The position numbers and the translations under genes are program-made. Below are positions 42,165 to 50,563 of a stretch of 64,000 bases of DNA, piece after piece. The stretch comes from a bacterium (GTDB lineage: Bacteria > Patescibacteriota > Saccharimonadia > UBA4664), in NCBI GenBank assembly GCA_016699105.1, contig CP064960.1:328727-392726 (forward strand). Direction: 5' to 3'. The notes below the pieces were generated by a model. The model ran no database searches and was not told the DNA's origin. It was given only the letters and a program-made list of their open reading frames with translations. Position 1 is the first letter of the stretch. Each line of letters begins with the position of its first letter.

Positions 42165-44492
42165 ATGAGCGAACAGGTAGGGGTAGAGCAGGGGGTTGGC
42201 CTAGCGGGGGATAGTTCCGTTTGGGCAAATTCTATGCGTGAGCTTGATCAGCCTGAGACGGCACCAAATGAGCCGAGCTCCCGTGAGCAGGCGCAGCCAG
42301 TGGTTGACCAGTTTAAGCAACTTGAGCACGATTTTTGTGAGGCGTCCAAAATCATTCGTGCTGAGGAGCTGTTGGAGGGCCACTATGAAGATAGCGACGA
42401 ACCATCGGTAGAGTTAATCGCACATCGACGTGAGGCATTGATGGCAGAAATGGGACGCTTGCGCCAAGCATGCCAGGCTGATCATCCCTTAATTGCTTTA
42501 CGGGCAGAATACCTTACAGTTTGCCTATATGGTCGTATCGATCACAGCTATACCGATGATCGCTTACTCGATGATGATCTACGGCAAGAATTTGATTCGT
42601 ATCGTGACAAGTACGGCAATGGCTATTTTGATGATCAGCCAGAGTCGCTGGATGAGGACGAGAGCCAGAGTTTCAATCTACCCTTTGTTGACGTTTCGGG
42701 TAAAGTAGTCCTACCAGAGCAAGTATACGAGATGGCCAAGAAAGATCGCCCAAGTTTCGTAGGCGTTAAAGCGTTTCAGGTAGCCCGAGATGGAGTAGTA
42801 TTCCTGGCCGAATCGTTGCCGAGAGGTGGCTATGATGCCGTGAACGTGGTGGCGGAGGCCAGGTTAGATGCGCAGCAATTAGACCAAGCCGAAACGGTAA
42901 AACTGCAGCCTTCGCAGTTAGCGCGTTTTGAGTCTGTAGTGCAGCATGGTCGTCTCGATGTTTTGCGCGAATTACTCCAATGGGGGCCAGAGTTCTTGGA
43001 GAAGGGACACATACCATGGCAAAGCCAAGATCGACAAACTGCTACAGAACGGCGTCGTTACTGGGAAGAGCGGATACCAACATTAGATAGTGCTGAGTGG
43101 CGGCTCGTGTATGAGTCAACTGCGGATAGACAATATGATGAGGACAAACCTGTGTCCGTGGATGATTTCCTGCGTGAGGCATCGCTCGGCGAATATCTGA
43201 CTGAGTTAGGGATTGATTCGGGCAAGGCAAACCAGATGCAGGATCAAATGACAACGTATTTGCGCCAGGTACATCAACAACAAAACAAAGAGTTGGCGCC
43301 GGTGTTTGAGGTACATGCCCTTGATACTTCCAATGATACAACGATGCTCTGGCGTGATTTCTTTTTAGAGCCGGGAATGCAAGAAGCGTTGAGTAAACAG
43401 TTTGAACTCGATATGACCTCGATGTCTTTGGCTGCGCAACGACAGCTCGTGGCTTATCTGGGGCGCAGCACAATTGTGGAATTTAACCGGCTTAAACAGA
43501 TAGTTTCTGGGCGGGATGACGAATCAAAGCTTAGCTTGTTTGAATCGTTTTTAGCTTTAGAGCATGGTGACGAGTTTGGTGATAGCCTACTGACGATTGT
43601 CGAGCAATTACCAGAGGAAACATCGCAAGAAATCCTGAGCGAATTGGCAAATATTCGCCAATTGGCACATGAAAACGGTCAAGAATACCACGATTTTGAC
43701 CCTGAGTTTGCACAGCAATTTGAGCAAGCTTGGGTGTCGCGAACAACGCAGGTATTGTTGAATGCCCAAGAACTAGCCGAGGGGCGCACCCCGAGCGTTA
43801 CTAGGTATGATGGAACAGTCAAAACTATTAGCTCGATCGGTGAGGTAACCTGGGGATTACGATTGCTTAGGGACCGGCTGAGCCGGGAGCTGAGTCATTT
43901 ACGCGATGGTGGTGGCGTGATTGAGCGCCAAGACAGTACAACTACTACTATTCGAATGCCTGATGGTGGGTTGGAGCAATTGCGGCCGTATGCCGCTGAG
44001 CAAGATCAGCACGATGAAGAGCATCATTTTGATGATGAGGCACGCGCTAACTCATTGGCCAGTACTGATAGCTGGCCATTTACAGAATCTCGGAATGACC
44101 CCGCCAGAGTTCGGGCGTTAAGTATTCGGATTGATCGTGAGGGTATCTGGAGAAATGAGGCAGGCGAACCGCTGCGGGATCGTCAAAACAAACTCGTAAA
44201 CTTGCCGACAGGCGAGTATGGCTGGGTCTCATTAGATATTGGTGGATTGGTGGGTGAACCGGATGATCCCAATGTGCGTATTGGGGCGTTGATGGCAGCA
44301 GGGGCTGCTATATTTGCCAATCGTCGGGGTCAGGTTTCTCATCAGCATCATGTGAGAGAGGTGTTTGCTGAGCGCTTTGGTCGGAAAGAGGAGTTTGCGC
44401 GCTTGGTTCGCTTTCGGCAGGAGAGGTTGCTGCGACAGATATCGAAGACTGTTTCGCGCCCCGCTTCATCAGAGCAAAAACTTGCCTCATAG
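42165..44492 (+). CDS. large acidic hypothetical protein (775 aa)
   Basis: No recognisable motifs; strongly acidic. Confidence 0.5.
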   Translation: MSEQVGVEQGVGLAGDSSVWANSMRELDQPETAPNEPSSREQAQPVVDQFKQLEHDFCEASKIIRAEELLEGHYEDSDEPSVELIAHRREALMAEMGRLRQACQADHPLIALRAEYLTVCLYGRIDHSYTDDRLLDDDLRQEFDSYRDKYGNGYFDDQPESLDEDESQSFNLPFVDVSGKVVLPEQVYEMAKKDRPSFVGVKAFQVARDGVVFLAESLPRGGYDAVNVVAEARLDAQQLDQAETVKLQPSQLARFESVVQHGRLDVLRELLQWGPEFLEKGHIPWQSQDRQTATERRRYWEERIPTLDSAEWRLVYESTADRQYDEDKPVSVDDFLREASLGEYLTELGIDSGKANQMQDQMTTYLRQVHQQQNKELAPVFEVHALDTSNDTTMLWRDFFLEPGMQEALSKQFELDMTSMSLAAQRQLVAYLGRSTIVEFNRLKQIVSGRDDESKLSLFESFLALEHGDEFGDSLLTIVEQLPEETSQEILSELANIRQLAHENGQEYHDFDPEFAQQFEQAWVSRTTQVLLNAQELAEGRTPSVTRYDGTVKTISSIGEVTWGLRLLRDRLSRELSHLRDGGGVIERQDSTTTTIRMPDGGLEQLRPYAAEQDQHDEEHHFDDEARANSLASTDSWPFTESRNDPARVRALSIRIDREGIWRNEAGEPLRDRQNKLVNLPTGEYGWVSLDIGGLVGEPDDPNVRIGALMAAGAAIFANRRGQVSHQHHVREVFAERFGRKEEFARLVRFRQERLLRQISKTVSRPASSEQKLAS

Positions 44493-45194
44493 CTTGGGCG
44501 ATCTGGGGACTTTCGATGATTGTGCCCATGGCTTCATGCCCAAATGAGATGAACGCGACTTTGTCACCGTAAATATCGATTTCGACAGGCGCTTGATAAT
44601 CTTGTGGCTCGTACCAGGTACGGTTGAGCAGATGTTGTGCATCAATATTTGGGTCACGATTCGCATCTGGTATACGGGGAGTAAGAGCTTCGACGGTAAT
44701 GTTGAGTTTGGTTCGTTTGGCGATGTACTGACTCATGAACTGCGAACCCAGAAAGTCATTTTCAGCCGGTGTACGCATCAGGCTAATAGGTTGGCGGGTA
44801 CGCAGCATATCCTCGTATATCTGGATCAAGCCGGTTTTACCCTGATAGAAGCGGACACCAGGTTGCTCGAAAACGTATAAAAATAGGTCATGAGTTGGGG
44901 CATGAAGTTGCGCAGTCGGGTTTCGTGCTCAATTACCTGATTGCGACGGGATTCCATGAGCTTTTCCAGATTGGCAGGGTTTTCAGGGCGATAGGTCAAT
45001 TTGGAGCCAGTGCCGGATTTGACGGCGAGCGTGAGCTCTTCCAGTTGTTTAAGGACTTCATAAGCGTTGGTGCGAGTAATCTGGATCTTATCTGATAATT
45101 GTGGTGGTGTGAGGGTGCCGTTTGAGATTAGCGCCAGATAGGCGCGGGCTTGGGTTGTGTTGAGGCCGATTTGTTCGAGAAGTGAAGCGTCCAT
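44308..45194 (-). CDS. TrmB-family transcriptional regulator (HTH plus C-terminal sugar-binding-like domain), apparent frameshift near 44828
   Basis: N-terminal winged-helix 'LNTTQARAYLALISNGTLTPPQLSDKIQITRTNAYEVLKQL' and a TrmB-like C-terminal domain in the adjacent ORF. Confidence 0.55.
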
Positions 45195-46055
45195 AGGTGT
45201 AAGTTAGCACAAGCGGGATAAATTGTCAATGAGAAATTGACAGAAAATGGTTTGTTTTTATATCTGTTAGAATGTAATACGCGAGTGACTAATTGACATA
45301 TTAAAGTCCTTGTGGTAAAGTGTGTTCATTCGATGAGGCAGACATAAAATACCTACTCTCGAAAGTCAAGCTAACAATTACATACGTACACATTTGGTAA
45401 GACACGTTCTAGGGTCAGAAGCTCGAAAACGGTCCAAATATAGGTTGAGCCCTTGGGTGTTCCCTGTATCTGGATCGCGAGCGTGTCTTTCTATCGTTTT
45501 AAGGGCAGTTTTAGGACCTTTAAAACCACTAATTGAGATGATCTAGAACTCGGTTAGTACCCGCGAAGGTGCATCTAGTAACGGGTAACAGACGATTAAT
45601 GGACTATTCCTTGGTCCGTCGCACCAAGTACGCGCTTTGTAGCGAGATATCCGCGTGATGATCAGAAGGCATCATGAATGCAGGTTGGCGAAACTATTTG
45701 TTCGCCCGTCACGCGCTATCTCTCTGGAAAGAGAGAAATTTAAAAATCGATCACAAATTTTTGAGCGGAAGCTGCCTCTCGTAATCAATAGTCCCACGCC
45801 AACATGAATACCTGCGCGATCGGATGTACTAGAAGGAATACGGGAGACAGGTTCCACTGAAGGAACCAGTATTTGGGCGAAAGTCCAAAAAAGTACCTTT
45901 TGAAAAGTTGTTTGAATATGGTCGCTGGTCGGCGTTGCGGAAACGTATACGATGGTGTTTTCCCAAGGGGTATCGATGAGAATCGACGCTCGCTGGGGAG
46001 ACGCCAACGGGGCGGATCCAACAATGGGGCAGATGTGCTCCGGAAGGAGGTGGTC

Positions 46056-46463
46056 TTCGTGATCACCCAGACGACCGAGACCACGACCCCGACCGCCCCG
46101 GTGACAGGGCGGCTGGTTCCGCGGCCGCCCGCGGGCCGCAAGGGGGTCGTCAACCCCCGGACCCACGCGGCCACCCGCGAGGCGGCGCTGCTGGACCAAC
46201 TGGCGGCCGAGCTGACCGCCCACCAGGCGGAGGCCGCCGAGGCGGCGACCCGGCAGGGTTTGATCCTGCCACCCGTCGGCCGGGTCATTGACCCGGCCAC
46301 CCTCCGCGAGGAGGGTCTGCCCGAGATCGTGGGGCAGACCCGGACGGTGCAGTCGGCACGGCCTGCGACGCCGCGGCGTCAACCGATGATGCCCCGTAAC
46401 GGGGGGCGTCGCTACAATGGCCCGCTTACGCGGGCCGAGCTGGCGGCAAGGGTCGCCAGCTGA
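46056..46463 (+). CDS. Thr/Pro/Arg-rich hypothetical protein in the high-GC island
   Basis: GGAAGGAGG then GTG start. ~135 aa at ~70% GC. Confidence 0.4.
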   Translation, partial: FVITQTTETTTPTAPVTGRLVPRPPAGRKGVVNPRTHAATREAALLDQLAAELTAHQAEAAEAATRQGLILPPVGRVIDPATLREEGLPEIVGQTRTVQSARPATPRRQPMMPRNGGRRYNGPLTRAELAARVAS

Positions 46464-46764
46464 CAACCAGCCGCAGGTGAGGCAGCTGCGGGATATAAAT
46501 TCCTGCCTCAACGTTCGAGCCGGGTTGACGGCTATGAGCGGGCCAGCGCGAAAGCGCCCGACCGCATCACCATGGGTTGTTTTGACCCAGATCGTTTGAA
46601 CATTTTGTTCACAAGTTCGTTTGTGCCCGCCGAGAGCTTTTCTCGGTAGTACCACAAGGAAATCGTTTCGCGACTTTTTTCGAAAATCGCTGAACGATGT
46701 GGTGCGCCACACTTGTACATTTTTGTACGAATCGGGGAGGTCGGCCAACCGGCCGCTACCTCCC

Positions 46765-46819
46765 CCTGACTTCCGTGGATGCGTATCTGCGTTGATGAGT
46801 CCGAAAGGACGAAAAGTCA
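46765..46819 (+). ncRNA. type-III hammerhead ribozyme motif, copy 1 (C3U variant)
   Basis: Helix III CUGACU/AGUCAG, cleavage triplet UUC, helix I hairpin CGUGGAU-GCGU-AUCUGCG, core 'UUGAUGA' (U at position 3 instead of C), helix II GUCC-GAAA-GGAC, then GAAA. Confidence 0.5.
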
Positions 46820-46934
46820 GACCAGTACTTTGATTAGTGATAGATGTTCCGGACTGGATATTTGTTATTGAGATACACCGATGACAGGTATCCGGTCCGG
46901 GAAGCGCCCAGACCACAAATCCCCTGGAGGGGTC

Positions 46935-47174
46935 ATGCTTTGGAAGACCACGTATCAGGAATCACCGTATGAGAGTACGGGACAGTATGGAGTGTATGTT
47001 TGGCACCGGTTTTTCGGCCGGTGCCAAACAGGATGGCAGGTGGTGCCAATCGCCTGCCATCCTGATGGCGAAAAAAGAATGGATGCCTTTTTGGCTTTCA
47101 TTCGCCAACCGCGGCGGTTCGCCGCGGTGGAAAGGAGGGCAAAAGAGTTGGGCTTCAGACTTGACAAGGTCTAA
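46935..47174 (+). CDS. small hypothetical protein (79 aa) after conserved leader
   Basis: 'CCCCUGGAGGGGUCAUGC' leader/RBS conserved downstream of all three hammerheads. Confidence 0.35.
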   Translation: MLWKTTYQESPYESTGQYGVYVWHRFFGRCQTGWQVVPIACHPDGEKRMDAFLAFIRQPRRFAAVERRAKELGFRLDKV

Positions 47175-47224
47175 CTCTGGCCGCTGATCTGTCGGCTTCA
47201 GGTCAAACGCTGCGCCGAGGGGTG

Positions 47225-47420
47225 TTCAAATCCTCGGAAGTACCAAAGGAACTCAGGTTTAGAACCCGAGTGGTGCGAGACGGGTAACCGGGAGCAACCC
47301 ATAATATGCTCCCCACTCAACCCGAGTGTTTCATATCTTCTGCGTTCCTACCGCCGATTACCGCGTAATCGGCGGGTGAGAGGGGTGATGAAACACTCAG
47401 GCTGGGTGAAAGCTCAGAAA
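47225..47420 (+). repeat. repeat B copy 1 (diverged)
   Basis: Shares 'GCTCCCCAC..AACCCGAG...TTCA.A.CTTCTGC.TTC', 'GTGAGAGGGGT' and 'TCAGGCTGGG' with copies at ~50072 and ~52217. Contains an 11-bp perfect hairpin CCGCCGATTAC-CGC-GTAATCGGCGG (47352-47376). Confidence 0.5.
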
Positions 47421-47496
47421 TGTACCTTCAGTACTAAGTTCACGCGGATGGTCCGCGTGGTGCGTACATGCGCATGGATCACCCTTAGGAGGTGAA

Positions 47497-48423
47497 ATGA
47501 CTGCGTATATGGCATTGGATCCTCGTCCGGCGGCTCGACAGACAATGCTCGAGCTTCTCTCCACCCCGACCTTTGGGGTGGAGGTGACGGTGCCCGAGCT
47601 GGGGTCGGCGTGCCTTCTGGGCAATGCTGACCCCCAGCACACCGGGGGGCGGGCAGATATGTCAGCCATCGAGGGCCTTGCCGCGTTGTTTCGCGGTGAG
47701 GCACAGGTAGCCACCGTGCTGCCTGACCTCGATAGCCTTGGTTCCATGGCGGTGCTGGACATCGCCATGGACGCCATTGCCCAGCTCGGTGCGTTGGCAG
47801 GAGAGATCCTGCGGCGCATCGAGCTAATCGGCCGTGCTGATCGCTTCGAGAGAGGCGAATGGCCCGGTCGGCGACCCCTGCCGACCCTCGACCAGCCGTG
47901 GTCGGACGTGCTTTCGGGCGCGTCAGACACACGCGAGCTTGCGGCCATGGGGGCCGTTGTCGCGGACCACCGGCTGCCGGTGGAGGAGCGGGTGCGTTTG
48001 CTGCGCATCTGGCTCTCCACCGGCGAGGAGCCGTTGGAGTATCGCCAGCGAGTTGAGGCTGAACGGGCCGAGATGCTGGCTGCCCTGACGGGTGGCGAGA
48101 TCTTGGTTCGCGAGGCTGCCAAGGGCCATATCGCCACGGTGGTTTCAACCCACCGGGCTGGCATGGCCATTGGCTACCACCGGGCTCCGGTGGTAGTGGC
48201 GCAGAACCCGGCTTTTAGTTTTAAGGGTTCGGCGCCGGTCGTTAAGTTCACGATAGCCCAGTTCAGAGTGGGTTACGTGGATCTGTCGGCCGCTCTGACT
48301 GAGCTGGCCGGACGTGAGCCCGGCTGGGGCGGATCGCCAACGATTGGCGGCTCACCCCAGGGGGTCTCGTCGGGCTTGTCGCTCGACGAGGTTGTAGCGG
48401 TCGTGGAGGCTCATCTCCTCTGA
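47497..48423 (+). CDS. hypothetical protein (308 aa) in the high-GC island
   Basis: AGGAGGTGA RBS with 8-nt spacing; no recognisable domain. Confidence 0.5.
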   Translation: MTAYMALDPRPAARQTMLELLSTPTFGVEVTVPELGSACLLGNADPQHTGGRADMSAIEGLAALFRGEAQVATVLPDLDSLGSMAVLDIAMDAIAQLGALAGEILRRIELIGRADRFERGEWPGRRPLPTLDQPWSDVLSGASDTRELAAMGAVVADHRLPVEERVRLLRIWLSTGEEPLEYRQRVEAERAEMLAALTGGEILVREAAKGHIATVVSTHRAGMAIGYHRAPVVVAQNPAFSFKGSAPVVKFTIAQFRVGYVDLSAALTELAGREPGWGGSPTIGGSPQGVSSGLSLDEVVAVVEAHLL

Positions 48424-48456
48424 CTGCGCCCATTCGAATCGAGCCTTCGGAAGGAG

Positions 48457-48648
48457 GTGAAAGAAATGAGAGGGCCACTGTTCGTGATCGCCCTGGGGGC
48501 CGCTATGGCGACCTTCGGGTGGTGGGTAGAAAGGAAGCATCAGGCGGCGGTGGGGCCGGTTGATCCGGCTTGCGCTCTGATGCTCCTGGGAGGGGTTATA
48601 GCTTTTCTTGGCGCTGCTGCCTTTGGGGCAGCGGTCGTCAGTGGGTGA
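48457..48648 (+). CDS. small two-TM membrane protein (63 aa)
   Basis: AGGAGGTGA RBS; two hydrophobic helices. Confidence 0.4.
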   Translation: MKEMRGPLFVIALGAAMATFGWWVERKHQAAVGPVDPACALMLLGGVIAFLGAAAFGAAVVSG

Positions 48649-48733
48649 GCACTGCCTTCCAACCCCAACTGCACCGGCAGTCATCCGGGACAAGGCGCTC
48701 AAAAGGAAATTGGCCAACAGTGCCAATGCGCGC

Positions 48734-48890
48734 CAGGGAGCGACTCCTCAAGACGCTGAACCACGGTTAATACCCGTTGGTCACTGTCATCGCGACAACA
48801 ACAGGTTTGCCGGTTTCCTCCGCAAGGAAATAACCGGTGCAACTCGGCGGATGTGTATCCGCCCTGACGAGTCCGAAAGGACGAAAGTTG
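48734..48890 (+). ncRNA. ~157-nt structured repeat A, copy 2, ending in a canonical type-III hammerhead ribozyme (48839-48890)
   Basis: Helix III GCAAC/GUUG(G), cleavage after CUC (C48845), helix I GGCGGAU-GUGU-AUCCGCC, core CUGACGA, helix II GUCC-GAAA-GGAC, GAAA. Upstream ~100 nt is near-identical to copy 3. Confidence 0.65.
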
Positions 48891-49028
48891 GCTGTTCTTT
48901 AAAGAGATTCCTCGATATTCGGTTGGTTCTGAGAGTAATTGCCAGGTCGGATATTCGCTATTGCGTGGAGCGATGGCAGATATCCGGTCTGGGGGAATAG
49001 CTCAGGCTACGAGATCCTTGGAGGGGTC

Positions 49029-49493
49029 ATGCGAGTTTTTCGAGAGTTCCGTGTTCGTGCCGGAAGCACGTTAGAGACGGATGGGGTGCGATTCGACGCC
49101 CCTGGACCTTGGGGATGGAGCACCCAGATCCCGTATCCGCGCGGTGGACGTGCCGCGGGTGTGGGGTTAGTGGAAAGTCCAAGTACTTTCCACGGCGAGA
49201 GCCTTGGTTGGCTGTGCAGCGAGAAATCGCTGCGTCTCGGTGCAAGATTTGCACCGAGCTTGACCACAACCCAGCCTTTACCAGGCTGGAAGGATCGGCT
49301 GGCCGAGCTGAGGGGGCTCGAGCAGACAATGCTGGACGCTCTGGTAGCGCTGCTCAGCTGCGAACGGCCCGTAGACCTGCGGGTTGAGTCCCTTGAGCGG
49401 GCGGGGCTGCTCGTGGTGGGGGCGGTATCGTGCTCACGAAGCACGAGCCGGATATCGCCCGACGATTGGGCCTACTGTTCCGTAAGGAGGTAA
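49029..49493 (+). CDS. hypothetical protein (155 aa) after conserved leader
   Basis: The 'CCUUGGAGGGGUCAUGC' leader is the only support. Length is uncertain given assembly indels. Confidence 0.35.
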   Translation: MRVFREFRVRAGSTLETDGVRFDAPGPWGWSTQIPYPRGGRAAGVGLVESPSTFHGESLGWLCSEKSLRLGARFAPSLTTTQPLPGWKDRLAELRGLEQTMLDALVALLSCERPVDLRVESLERAGLLVVGAVSCSRSTSRISPDDWAYCSVRR

Positions 49494-49795
49494 TTGAAGT
49501 TGTCTCCTGCGTCGAGGAGCACGCAATCGGGGGGTACCTCAAGGTCCTCTGCCGAAGGTCGCGGGCCCAGGGGTGCCCTCATACGGTTGGTCTGTTTACT
49601 CAGACGGACCAGAGGGGGCTTACTCCCTCCTCGGTAAGGAGGATTACTTCCCAGGAGCAATCAGGAGCTGGGACAGTCTCCTGAAGCAGTTTGCTCAAAT
49701 CGTGGAGGGCCGCGCATCCGCAGCGACGACATCTGTCGGCTGAGGCGCGAACTCAACGAGCCTTTGAAAGGAGGTGGAACGAATCGGTCCACCAA

Positions 49796-50229
49796 TGCTG
49801 TTTCTTGGCACGGTGATGGCTGTGCGGGCTGTCTGGGCTCTATGTAGTGGAAGCTACAAGGGTAAGCCAGCCCGGCGGGGATCGCCAATATGGTATCCAT
49901 TGTGGTTTGCGCTTGCCGCAAGCGTGAGCGTTGCCGTGATGGGGCCATATTTATCGGCTCCGAATGATTCGGGCCCACCGTCAGACGGCTTCTGGCAAAA
50001 CCCGCCCTCTGATCGCGGATCGAAAAGATCAGAACTGCCACATAAGGACTTCGCGAACGCGGAGGTGGCGCAAAACGTATTTACGGTAAAGGGGAGTCGC
50101 CTAAGAGCTCCCCACCCAACCCGAGGGCTTCACACCTTCTGCATTCCGACAACTCATTTGAGCAATCGGAGGGTGGTCGGAGTGGTGGAGCTCTCAGGCT
50201 GGGCGCCAATCAGGTTCCCAGTAGTTTGA
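49796..50229 (+). CDS. small hydrophobic hypothetical protein (extent uncertain)
   Basis: GAAAGGAGGTGG RBS. The N-terminal two-TM segment resembles the 48457 ORF. The 3' part may be out of frame. Confidence 0.3.
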
Positions 50230-50250
50230 AACACCCGTGAGAGGGGTAAG
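50072..50250 (+). repeat. repeat B copy 2
   Basis: 'GGTGGCGCAAAACGTATTTACGGTAAAGGGGAGTCGCCTAAGAGCTCCCCACCCAACCCGAGGGCTTCACACCTTCTGCATTCCGAC...' shows ~90% identity over ~85 nt to copy 3. Includes the GGGGAG-N11-CTCCCC hairpin. Confidence 0.55.
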
Positions 50251-50252
50251 CG

Positions 50253-50537
50253 ATGAACGTCGTCTTCGGTACCGTGAAATTCGTCAACGCCGAACGAGGG
50301 TTTGGCTTCGTCCGTCTCGATGGGGGCGCCGGAGATGTCCACTTCTGGCTCGATCGCGGATTTACCTCCGCAGTGGGCTGGCGGGCGGACCCAATGGGTG
50401 CCATGCGAAGCGGTGAAAACTTTGGTCGGCTGGAAATCGTTCGACCGGCGACACCAAAGCCTGGCGAACGTCTGGCCCTGAGTATTATCTGCCGGAACCG
50501 CACAGACTCGCCGCGGTCAGACCCAAGCGAAAGCTAA
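50253..50537 (+). CDS. cold-shock-domain-like small protein (degenerate CSD)
   Basis: 'GTVKFVNAERGFGFV' resembles the CspA RNP1 motif 'GTVKWFNAEKGFGFI'. The rest diverges. Confidence 0.4.
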   Translation: MNVVFGTVKFVNAERGFGFVRLDGGAGDVHFWLDRGFTSAVGWRADPMGAMRSGENFGRLEIVRPATPKPGERLALSIICRNRTDSPRSDPSES

Positions 50538-50563
50538 GGGCCCGACTGCCGAGTGGTGGGCGT

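Noticed and set aside
45195-45870. Looked for RNase P, tmRNA or group II intron domain V signatures in the ORF-free stretch
   Set aside because: Hallmark motifs (GGAAAGUCCGGGC, a tmRNA tag reading frame with CCA end, domain V GAGC..GUACGG..) are not present. Left as an unassigned non-coding region.
45672-46916. 414-aa minus-strand ORF spanning the island's left edge (also 47397-48170 and 47414-48148 on the minus strand)
   Set aside because: These are GC-driven spurious ORFs: Arg/Pro/Gly-rich, no RBS, and they overlap plus-strand genes that do have strong ribosome-binding sites. The 414-aa ORF also crosses the GC boundary implausibly.
48734-48890. Considered integron attC sites or a retron msr/msd as explanations for the repeated structured elements
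   Set aside because: No integrase or reverse transcriptase anywhere in the window. The repeat ends do not match the GTTRRRY core-site pattern. The hammerhead core gives a specific alternative explanation.
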